From: a virus
Length of the DNA stretch: 64,000 nucleotides
Strand: one strand, 5' to 3'
Virus record (IMG/VR): IMGVR_UViG_3300029982_000010
Coordinates: 157,903 to 221,902 of that record
Below, one piece after another: positions 55,161 to 64,000 of this stretch. Under the pieces are notes generated by a model that had not been told where the DNA came from, did no database searches, and saw nothing but the letters and a program-made list of their open reading frames with translations. Position numbers and translations under genes: made by a program. Each line of letters opens with the position of its first letter. The stretch's first letter is position 1.

Positions 55161-55436
55161 TTATATGTTAAATTTATTTGATTGTAATATCATTTCTAAT
55201 TCTTTTTTATTTTTACTAAAATATTTAATTTCTTCTCTACTAACAGGTAATATATCAGAGTATTCTACGTATTCTACAGAATATTCATATTTGACTCCTT
55301 TTTTATAATCAATAATTTTACCTATTTTATTATTAATGTAAGATTTTTCCCACATACTTTCATCTTCACATATGACATAATCTCCAATTTCAGGTAAATT
55401 ATAATTAAGTTGTTCATTGAATCTGTTTATCTTCAT
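55161..55436 (-). CDS. Fam-B protein (short GDYVIC subtype)
   Basis: MKINRFNEQLNYNLPEIGDYVICED...LQSNKFNI. Confidence 0.5.
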   Translation of the reverse strand: MKINRFNEQLNYNLPEIGDYVICEDESMWEKSYINNKIGKIIDYKKGVKYEYSVEYVEYSDILPVSREEIKYFSKNKKELEMILQSNKFNI

Positions 55437-55437
55437 A

Positions 55438-55827
55438 TTATATATTGAATTTTTTAGAATTTATTGTCACCTCTATTTCATCGTATTCAACTTCTGTCCA
55501 TAAATCATTTGGATTTAAGCTACTTTTAGAAATATCATCTTCAGTTTTAATATAATTAAAATTCATCCTATCAATAATAACTTTTTCATCCATATTAATA
55601 GGAAATGCATATATTTTAAATGTAAAATGATTTGGCAATAGTTGATCAAAATATTTATAATAAATAATATTATTTATTTTACAATCATTTAAATATTCCG
55701 AATCTTGTAATAAAAATTCTATATCATCATTTTCATAATCTATATCATCATTTTCATAAATTGAATATCTTTTATAAAATACTTTAAATTGAATATTATT
55801 ATTTTCATTGAATCTATTTATTTTCAT
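55438..55827 (-). CDS. Fam-B protein (long subtype)
   Basis: MKINRFNENNN...TINSKKFNI. Confidence 0.5.
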   Translation of the reverse strand: MKINRFNENNNIQFKVFYKRYSIYENDDIDYENDDIEFLLQDSEYLNDCKINNIIYYKYFDQLLPNHFTFKIYAFPINMDEKVIIDRMNFNYIKTEDDISKSSLNPNDLWTEVEYDEIEVTINSKKFNI

Positions 55828-56168
55828 AAGTTAAATTTATTTGATTGTATATATAATTCTAATTCTTCTTTTGAAATTTTATTTTGATATGATATTTTTT
55901 TTTTCAATTCTTCAATATTATCAAAAAATTTATATGATTTATATTCACTTGGCAAATTTATCAATTCAAAATCGTATGGTAATTGCGCATAAACTCCTAT
56001 AATATCTTTATTTGGAATTTTTAATATGTCATATGCTACATTATACATATCAAATAAAAATAAATCATTATTTATTTCATCTATTGAATTATAATTCGAA
56101 CCATATAATTTATTATAAACATAAATTATATCATCATTTATATTCTCATTAAATCTGTTTATCTTCAT
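55824..56168 (-). CDS. Fam-B protein (long subtype)
   Basis: MKINRFNENIND...IQSNKFNL. Confidence 0.5.
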   Translation of the reverse strand: MKINRFNENINDDIIYVYNKLYGSNYNSIDEINNDLFLFDMYNVAYDILKIPNKDIIGVYAQLPYDFELINLPSEYKSYKFFDNIEELKKKISYQNKISKEELELYIQSNKFNL

Positions 56169-56169
56169 A

Positions 56170-56583
56170 TTATATGTTAAATTTATCTAAATTATATAAC
56201 ATTTCTATATAATCTTCAGTGATATCATCATTTTCAATTTTTTTAAATCCAATATCATTATATTTTTTATTAATTTCTATCATACGTTGTTTATTTAAGT
56301 AAAACGTATTTACACCACTTAAATGATGAAAATTATAAATATCTGTACTAAATATAGATTCTTCTATCTCATTTTTGGGTAACACATACACTGTAAAATA
56401 TATAATAGTTTTATGCATACGCATATATAGTTCAAAATAAATATCATTATCTTTTAATTTATTAATAAGTATTAATAAATTTTTTATATTATTATCATTT
56501 TTACTAAAAGTACCAGATTCGTAAATATAAAATAAATTATTAGAATCATCTAAATTATTCTCATTAAATCTTTTTATCTTCAT
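56170..56583 (-). CDS. Fam-B protein (long subtype)
   Basis: MKIKRFNENNLDD...NLDKFNI. Confidence 0.5.
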   Translation of the reverse strand: MKIKRFNENNLDDSNNLFYIYESGTFSKNDNNIKNLLILINKLKDNDIYFELYMRMHKTIIYFTVYVLPKNEIEESIFSTDIYNFHHLSGVNTFYLNKQRMIEINKKYNDIGFKKIENDDITEDYIEMLYNLDKFNI

Positions 56584-56585
56584 AT

Positions 56586-56912
56586 TTACATATTAAATTT
56601 ACTTGCTGCCATTAATAACGGAATATCTTCGTTTTTAATTATATTTTCACTATGATATAATATCTCACTATCATTAAATACAAATGAGTCCTTTTCATTT
56701 TTTATTATTTCGGTACGTATATTATTATCATTCGGAATATTTTCATATTGTACAGTATATGGATATATATTATTCTGATCTATATTAACTATTTTTCCAA
56801 TATTATTATTCACAAAATCATTAACATAATGATTTGAGGTATATTTACATATTACATAATCTCCAACATTTATTTCATCATTATAATTTTCATTAAATCT
56901 TTTTATCTTCAT
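56586..56912 (-). CDS. Fam-B protein (short subtype)
   Basis: MKIKRFNENYNDEINVGDYVICKY...AASKFNM. Confidence 0.5.
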   Translation of the reverse strand: MKIKRFNENYNDEINVGDYVICKYTSNHYVNDFVNNNIGKIVNIDQNNIYPYTVQYENIPNDNNIRTEIIKNEKDSFVFNDSEILYHSENIIKNEDIPLLMAASKFNM

Positions 56913-57047
56913 AATTAGAATTCATTTCATCTATATATTTAAATTTTTAATCATAAAAAAGAACCTATGAAATTTATCATAAGTTCTTGTTATTTATATA
57001 TTAACTATAATTTATATTTTTAAATTTTTTAAAATTATATATAGCAT

Positions 57048-57386
57048 ATGAAACATTTAAAAATATACGAAAGCTATAATGCACCAGATTTAGGAGATTA
57101 TGCGATATGTGATATTTATTCTGGAGAAGGATTTGAACCATTCAAAGATCTTAAAGATTTTCTTAGTAATAATATAGGAATAATAATTAGATATCCAATA
57201 TATAAAGATGATAATTATATTATTTCTTATAATAACTTACCTAAAAGTCTTGAAATATATCTTATATATCTTACGACTACAAAAAATGATAAAGGATTTG
57301 AAATTAGTCGTGATGAAATAAAATATTACAGTAAAGATAAAAATAAATTAGAAACCATATTACAAGCTAATAAATTTAATCTATAA
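57048..57386 (+). CDS. Fam-B protein (short subtype)
   Basis: MKHLKIYESYNAPDLGDYAICDI...LQANKFNL. Confidence 0.5.
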   Translation: MKHLKIYESYNAPDLGDYAICDIYSGEGFEPFKDLKDFLSNNIGIIIRYPIYKDDNYIISYNNLPKSLEIYLIYLTTTKNDKGFEISRDEIKYYSKDKNKLETILQANKFNL

Positions 57387-57411
57387 TAATAAATAGAATA
57401 TAAAGAATTTA

Positions 57412-57783
57412 ATGAAAACATATAAAGAATTTAATGAGAGATTAGAAGAACCTTTGATATATTATTTCAAAGGATTTGTTTATGATGGTAAAAATAAAGA
57501 AGAAAATAATACAAATGCATTTATTCATAAAATTTATCAATATATTAAGTTATTGGATAATTCAAGTATTAAATATTTATTTTGTTATGATAATATAAAT
57601 AAATTTATTATTTATTGCGTTCCTTCTAATAAAATTCAAAAAGAATTAGTTGAAAATTATCATTTTAAAATTAGTAGATATCAATCATTTAAATCATTTT
57701 TAGAATTTGAAAAATATATTACTAATACTCTTCATCATAAAGTAATTAAAATTGATGATATTATAAATATAATTAATAATTAA
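57412..57783 (+). CDS. Fam-B-related protein (long subtype, no KFNL end)
   Basis: MKTYKEFNERLEE... Confidence 0.4.
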   Translation: MKTYKEFNERLEEPLIYYFKGFVYDGKNKEENNTNAFIHKIYQYIKLLDNSSIKYLFCYDNINKFIIYCVPSNKIQKELVENYHFKISRYQSFKSFLEFEKYITNTLHHKVIKIDDIINIINN

Positions 57784-57784
57784 A

Positions 57785-58099
57785 ATGAAGATAAAAAGAT
57801 TTAATGAAAGTTTAAATGAAGGCAACCCTGAGGTTGGAGATTATGTAATATGTTTAAATGATAATAATTCATCTGACGGTATGTATTATGAAAAAGGATC
57901 TGTATATGATATATATCTGAATAATAACATAGGTAAAATAATATCAATTAATGATAATAGATATTTAATTGAATATGATGATTTTCCAGGTTGGAATGGT
58001 AGGGAATCAAAACAAAGAAGATATTTTGATGTTACATATTGGTCAAAAAATAAATCTGAATTAGAATCTATATTACAAACAAATAAATTTAATTTATAA
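57785..58099 (+). CDS. Fam-B protein (short subtype)
   Basis: MKIKRFNESLNEGNPEVGDYVICLND...LQTNKFNL. Confidence 0.5.
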   Translation: MKIKRFNESLNEGNPEVGDYVICLNDNNSSDGMYYEKGSVYDIYLNNNIGKIISINDNRYLIEYDDFPGWNGRESKQRRYFDVTYWSKNKSELESILQTNKFNL

Positions 58100-58891
58100 T
58101 GAAAATATTAAAATTTAATGAGAATATAGATAATATTATTCCACAAGTTGGAGATTATGTTTTAATGAATGATCATGGAATAATTTTAGATTATTTAATA
58201 AATAATCCAGGATAAATTATAAAATTAACATATGATAAATATAATAATATATGTACATTAATAGTTAAATATAACAATATACCTGAATCCCTACAAAATT
58301 TTTTATGAGTATCCGTTTGAGTACCTTAATATTTGTTTTTAATTTACACACCAATGAGTAAACTGTCAAATAATTTAATTTCAAATTTCGTTTTAAATTT
58401 ATTCAATACTCAATTAAAATAGCACTGAAAGTATTGTAAATAAGCATCAAGATGAATTTGTACTAATAAGTTCTTTTCATTCTAATTGCAGTATATCCAT
58501 AAAGCCACATTACATTGACTTTGTCTTTATGGATTATTTATAATTTATGTTTAATACATATGTCTTTAAATGTTGGTAAAGAATTTCAATTTCAATATCA
58601 ATTATAGATTTCTGTTAGATATAGTTCTCCAATAGAAGCTTAATAGCATCTATTTTTTTTTCTAATTACAGCTATCTTTTTAATATATAGCCTTTTAAAG
58701 TAGAATAAAAGTAACAATATTTTAGGTATCCAAACGGATACTCATAAAATTTTTTTTATGATTATAACATTAATAATAGAAATGAATATATTAAGAATAC
58801 TAGAGTATTTCTAATTGAGCAAATTTTAGATATCGCACCCACATTAGAAGAAATGAAGTTAAAAATTATTGCAAATAAATTTAACATATAA
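58099..58891 (+). pseudogene. Fam-B gene disrupted by MITE insertion (and a frameshift)
   Basis: 5' part MKILKFNENIDNIIPQVGDYVLMND... (58099-58303), 3' part ...EEMKLKIIANKFNI* (58747-58891), separated by MITE 58304-58746. Confidence 0.5.
58304..58746. mobile_element. MITE copy 2 (hairpin TIRs, 8-bp TSD AAATTTTT)
   Basis: left TATGAGTATCCGTTTGAGTACC..., right ...GGTATCCAAACGGATACTCATA; identical AAATTTTT on both flanks; ORF-free interior. Confidence 0.6.
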
Positions 58892-58892
58892 A

Positions 58893-59174
58893 ATGAAAAT
58901 ATTAAGATTTAATGAAAGTAATAGTAATTTTAAATTATATTTTAAAAAATATAAATGTGATGACTATGATATTAAAATATTACATAAGGATATTAGATAT
59001 TTAGATGCGGATTTAGATGATATAGAAAAAAATAAAATACAATATTATTTATATGAAATAAATAATTATATTTATTTATATTTTATAAAACCATCAACAG
59101 CATTATTAAAAAGTACATATTATAATTCAAGTTATGAAAATATGAAACAATTAAAAAATTATATGCTAGAATAA
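58893..59174 (+). CDS. Fam-B protein (long subtype)
   Basis: MKILRFNESNSNFKLYFKKYKCDDYDIKILHKD...; track ORF starts upstream at a TTG. Confidence 0.45.
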   Translation: MKILRFNESNSNFKLYFKKYKCDDYDIKILHKDIRYLDADLDDIEKNKIQYYLYEINNYIYLYFIKPSTALLKSTYYNSSYENMKQLKNYMLE

Positions 59175-59234
59175 AATCATGCCAAAATAAAAAGAGAAGA
59201 TATAAAATATATTATAGCAGTATCTAAATTTAAT

Positions 59235-59573
59235 TTATAAATTAAATTTATTTGTTTGTAATATCATTTCTAATTTTTCTTTATTCTTTGACCAATATGC
59301 TATTTCAAAACGCTTCACTCGTGTACTATTAGAATTAAAAAAACTTCTTAAATCCCATGGAATATCAGAATAATTAATAATGTATGGATAAGTCTCATCA
59401 TTTTTTATTGCTGTACACTTACCAATATTAGATTTTATAAATGAATTTATATCACTCCTGTCACTAAATTTAGAAATAATTATATCATCTGCACATATGA
59501 CATAATCACCTATTTCTGGTTCTCCAACATTTAATTCATCATTTACACTCTCATTAAATTTTCTAACTTTCAT
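59235..59573 (-). CDS. Fam-B protein (short subtype)
   Basis: MKVRKFNES...PEIGDYVICADD...LQTNKFNL. Confidence 0.5.
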   Translation of the reverse strand: MKVRKFNESVNDELNVGEPEIGDYVICADDIIISKFSDRSDINSFIKSNIGKCTAIKNDETYPYIINYSDIPWDLRSFFNSNSTRVKRFEIAYWSKNKEKLEMILQTNKFNL

Positions 59574-59944
59574 ATATTGAATTTATTTGATTTTAATATC
59601 ATTTCTAATTCTTCTTTATTTTTACTCCAATTTTTTATAGCACATTTAGCTATATCAAATGTATAAAATGACTTATCATTTCTATTATGTTTTGAAAATT
59701 GATCTTTAATATCATTTGGTACATTATCATATTGAATAATATAAACTCTTTGAAGATTATTCCAGATATACTTATCATATAATTTAGAAATAGTATTATT
59801 TATGAAATTAAATATAGGAACATCAATATTTATATTACATAAAATATAATCACCTTTTTCTGGCTCATTTTCATTTATATTCTCATTAAATCTATTTATT
59901 TTCATATTATAAGTTAAATTTCTTTGAATTTTTTTGAATATCAT
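59570..59944 (-). CDS. Fam-B protein
   Basis: ...MKINRFNENINENEPEKGDYILCNI...LKSNKFNI. Confidence 0.5.
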   Translation of the reverse strand: MIFKKIQRNLTYNMKINRFNENINENEPEKGDYILCNINIDVPIFNFINNTISKLYDKYIWNNLQRVYIIQYDNVPNDIKDQFSKHNRNDKSFYTFDIAKCAIKNWSKNKEELEMILKSNKFNI

Positions 59945-60227
59945 AATTTAATATATCTTCATCAGTTACATTTACTTCACCTTGGTAAATATAGTTTTCT
60001 TTTTCATAATAATTTTTACCATAATTATTTCCTGGCATCCATTGATATTCATCACTTACATAAATAGTATTAAACTTAATAATATGCTCATTTTTAATTA
60101 TCATCCTATTTATATCATATTCAGGCCATTTCAATTTTCTTAAACTAATCTCATAATAAGGTTCATCAGTTCTTATTAGCCAAAACTTATGTATTTCACT
60201 ACTTTCATTAAATCTTTTTATCTTCAT
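59907..60227 (-). CDS. Fam-B protein
   Basis: MKIKRFNESSE...QKNSKKFNL. Confidence 0.5.
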   Translation of the reverse strand: MKIKRFNESSEIHKFWLIRTDEPYYEISLRKLKWPEYDINRMIIKNEHIIKFNTIYVSDEYQWMPGNNYGKNYYEKENYIYQGEVNVTDEDILNYDIQKNSKKFNL

Positions 60228-60580
60228 ATGTTAAATTTATTTGATTGTATTAATAATTCTATATCATTTATGCTAACATTTTTATAACCAGAGTTTAAAT
60301 AGTCTATTCTATTTTCTTCTTTATTTTTTGCTGATGACGAAATATAATCTTCTGAAAATACATGATATAAAGTATAATGTGGATATATAAATAAAAACAT
60401 ATTATTATCTTTATAAAATATATCATAATCAATATTATATTGTTCTAATTCCTTTATATTATTTGATAATTTTAATAATTTATTTTCCGATATATGATCA
60501 ATATAATAAACATTATAATAAACTTTATCTTTAATATAATTATAATCATCTATTTTTTCATTAAATCTTTTTATCTTCAT
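60224..60580 (-). CDS. Fam-B protein (long subtype)
   Basis: MKIKRFNEKIDD...IQSNKFNI. Confidence 0.5.
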   Translation of the reverse strand: MKIKRFNEKIDDYNYIKDKVYYNVYYIDHISENKLLKLSNNIKELEQYNIDYDIFYKDNNMFLFIYPHYTLYHVFSEDYISSSAKNKEENRIDYLNSGYKNVSINDIELLIQSNKFNI

Positions 60581-60885
60581 ATGTTAAATTTATTTGATTG
60601 TATTAATAATTCTAATTCTTCTTTATTATTACTCCAATATAATATTTCTTCATATTTATAATTTCTACAATTATTATTAAAATATGATTCTATATCATTT
60701 GGAATATTAAAAAATTCAATTTGATATGGAAACGTACGATTGCTATTATATTTAATAAATTTACCAATATTATTAGTGATAAAATTATAAGCATTACCAA
60801 CTATGCTATCATATTTAATTATAATATAATCTCCAATTTTTGGCTCATCTTCATTTAAACTTTCATTAAATTTTCTAACTTTCAT
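60577..60885 (-). CDS. Fam-B protein (short subtype)
   Basis: MKVRKFNESLNEDEPKIGDYIIIKY...IQSNKFNI. Confidence 0.5.
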   Translation of the reverse strand: MKVRKFNESLNEDEPKIGDYIIIKYDSIVGNAYNFITNNIGKFIKYNSNRTFPYQIEFFNIPNDIESYFNNNCRNYKYEEILYWSNNKEELELLIQSNKFNI

Positions 60886-61244
60886 ATGTTAAATTTATTT
60901 GCCATAGTAGAAATATATATATCATTAATATCTTCCTTAGTTATTTTTTTATAATTAGAAGTAAATATTTCATTTCTTAATTCTCTTAAATCTGTATATA
61001 ATATAGAAATTTCAAAAGTATTCAAATTATAAAAATTATAAAATGATTCATTAACATATGCATATAATAAAAAATTCCAACTATTTCCTTCTTCATAATA
61101 ATATAAATCATATAATAGATTTCCAGAATCAATTAAATCATTAATATCCTTATATAATATTTTAATATTATAGTCATCACATTTATATTTTTTAAAATAT
61201 AATTTAAAATTACTATTACTTTCGTTAAATCTTTTTATCTTCAT
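60882..61244 (-). CDS. Fam-B protein (long subtype)
   Basis: MKIKRFNESNSNFKLYFKKYKCDDYNIKILYKD...MANKFNI; close paralog of 58893..59174. Confidence 0.5.
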   Translation of the reverse strand: MKIKRFNESNSNFKLYFKKYKCDDYNIKILYKDINDLIDSGNLLYDLYYYEEGNSWNFLLYAYVNESFYNFYNLNTFEISILYTDLRELRNEIFTSNYKKITKEDINDIYISTMANKFNI

Positions 61245-61246
61245 AA

Positions 61247-61540
61247 TTATATGTTAAATTTATCAGCACTTAATAAAATCTCTTTATTTTTCTTTAAATA
61301 TTCTAAATCATGAGAATGTAATAATATCTCATCCCTACTATAATTTTGATATCCATTAGCTGTTCCAATCTCTACTACATATGTATAAAAATGAGTTGGA
61401 CCTTCCATTATTCTGATTACTTTACCGATATTATAATCAAATATACTTGAATAATATCTACTTTTACAAACTACATAATCTCCTTTCCAAATTTCAGGAT
61501 ATTCTTCATAATTTGACTCGAATTTTTTAATATGTTTCAT
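61247..61540 (-). CDS. Fam-B protein (short subtype)
   Basis: MKHIKKFESNYEEYPEIWKGDYVVCKS...LSADKFNI. Confidence 0.5.
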   Translation of the reverse strand: MKHIKKFESNYEEYPEIWKGDYVVCKSRYYSSIFDYNIGKVIRIMEGPTHFYTYVVEIGTANGYQNYSRDEILLHSHDLEYLKKNKEILLSADKFNI

Positions 61541-61875
61541 ATGTTAAATTTATTTGCTTGTAATAATATTTCTAATTCTTCTTTATCTTTAGACCAATAT
61601 TTTATTTCATAATGTTGTGCATAAAATGATAACTTCTTTAAATCTTCTTTATTATATATATCATTCCATTGACCAGGTTCTTGTTCTTTATCTTTATCTT
61701 TATCTTTATCTATATCATATAATATAACATAATAACTATGAAACATTCTATCAATATATCCAATGTTATTATTAATAAAATCTACTTTTTCAGTTCCAGA
61801 AGCAGTTTTGATTATAACATAATCACCAATTTCTGGCTTATCTTTACGCTCACTGAAATGTTTAAGATGCTTCAT
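61537..61875 (-). CDS. Fam-B protein (short subtype, DKDKDKDKE insert)
   Basis: MKHLKHFSERKDKPEIGDYVIIKT...LQANKFNI. Confidence 0.5.
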   Translation of the reverse strand: MKHLKHFSERKDKPEIGDYVIIKTASGTEKVDFINNNIGYIDRMFHSYYVILYDIDKDKDKDKEQEPGQWNDIYNKEDLKKLSFYAQHYEIKYWSKDKEELEILLQANKFNI

Positions 61876-62032
61876 AACATTATATATTTAATTCCAAATA
61901 TCATAAATATTAATCAATATATTATAGTGGAATTTAACAACATAAATATGGTTAAAATAATAATAAAATATAGTGAATTTTCACAAATGTACTATTCTTA
62001 AAATAATATATAATTTTTTTATATATAATAAC

Positions 62033-62320
62033 ATGATAATAAATTTTAAATTATATGAAATGAATGAAGATAAACCTGAAGTAGGTGACTATGTCATTTG
62101 CGATGGTAAATATACATTAAATCCTGAATATAGAGAATTTATAGATACTCATATTGGTAAATTAATACGTATCAATATAAGCATTAAATGTTATGTAATA
62201 GAATATTTTTATCCTAACAGAGGAAGTGAATATACTATTAACTTAGAAGATATAAAATATTGGTCTAAAAATAGAAATGAATTAGAAATAATATTACAAA
62301 CTAATAAATTTAATATATGA
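62033..62320 (+). CDS. Fam-B protein (short subtype)
   Basis: MIINFKLYEMNEDKPEVGDYVICDGK...LQTNKFNI; track ORF extended upstream. Confidence 0.5.
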   Translation: MIINFKLYEMNEDKPEVGDYVICDGKYTLNPEYREFIDTHIGKLIRINISIKCYVIEYFYPNRGSEYTINLEDIKYWSKNRNELEIILQTNKFNI

Positions 62321-62646
62321 TAACAAATTTTAAACTATATGAAATGGATGAAAATAAACCTGAAGTAGGTGACTATGTTATTTGCTCACATTTTCATGAC
62401 AAATTACCAACATATTATGAAAAAGAACAAAATTTTATAGAAAATAAAATAGGTAAAATTATAAACGTTAATTGGAGCAATAGATATCCTTATGCAGTAA
62501 CATATGATAATATTCCAGATGGATTATGGAATGCAAAAATTAATGATGATAAGGTATTATTATTTAGAGATTACGATATTGAACATTTATCCAAAAATAA
62601 AGAAGAATTAGAACAAATTATTAATACAAAAAAGTTCAATCTATAA
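62317..62646 (+). CDS. Fam-B protein (short subtype)
   Basis: MITNFKLYEMDENKPEVGDYVICSHF...INTKKFNL. Confidence 0.5.
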   Translation: MITNFKLYEMDENKPEVGDYVICSHFHDKLPTYYEKEQNFIENKIGKIINVNWSNRYPYAVTYDNIPDGLWNAKINDDKVLLFRDYDIEHLSKNKEELEQIINTKKFNL

Positions 62647-62874
62647 TAGATCGAACTTTTTAAAAATATCGCTCAATGCTCCAATATATTTATATAATAT
62701 ATTTTTTAATGATGAATAAAAACGAAATATATTACAGAAAGAATAAGATAAGCAACAATCGCCCATTTAATGGCATATTTTAGAATTTCTTTTTTGTGTA
62801 ATTTCATTGCGATTTAGTTTTTAATTATTCAACAAAGGTAATCCTTTAATTTTATAAGTCAGATATATAATGTG

Positions 62875-64000
<1,126 letters not shown>

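Overview
This is a 64-kb window of extremely AT-rich (roughly 20-25% GC by eye), densely coding DNA. It looks like an accessory region of a large dsDNA virus; whether jumbo phage or NCLDV cannot be resolved from sequence alone. Genes run in long co-directional trains with 1-25 nt overlaps. Convergent junctions carry perfect hairpins flanked by A/T runs, and no Shine-Dalgarno sequences are evident. Gene content is chimeric. Eukaryote- or archaea-like products: a major vault protein (MVP) homolog, a PTH2-type peptidyl-tRNA hydrolase and a J-domain protein. Phage/bacteria-like features: an HNH domain, PspC, lipobox-like signals and operon-like gene overlaps. Recognisable functions: two metallophosphoesterases, NadD-like and NadM-like NMN adenylyltransferases, a NADAR/YbiA-like protein, a LOG-family protein, a HAD hydrolase, an Rnl-type RNA ligase plus an HNH-RNA-ligase fusion, a TnpB/Fanzor-like RuvC nuclease with an orphan 3'/right-end copy elsewhere, and an 817-aa MVP-like protein. 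About two thirds of the window is tandem arrays of small paralogous ORFs. Fam-A (~75 aa) has an N-terminus MFKPGDKVVCID and a C-terminal 'KL-tail' motif [EQ]-Y-[IL]-R-K-x-K-L-x-K-[IL]; the tail also caps TM-anchored and other unrelated small proteins, in more than 60 ORFs. Fam-B (~100-135 aa) has N-terminus MKIKRFNE, C-terminus YWSKNKEELExILQ[ST]NKFN[LI] and a hypervariable core, in about 27 copies in strand-alternating blocks. Fam-C is a pair. Three copies of a TIR/hairpin-ended MITE with 8-bp target-site duplications interrupt family genes. A candidate amber-suppressor tRNA (anticodon CUA) sits about 25 nt from a PTH2-like gene carrying an in-frame TAG. Coordinates I derived myself (hairpins, tRNAs, MITEs) may be off by a few nt; ORF coordinates come from the supplied track, which appears to allow TTG/GTG starts.
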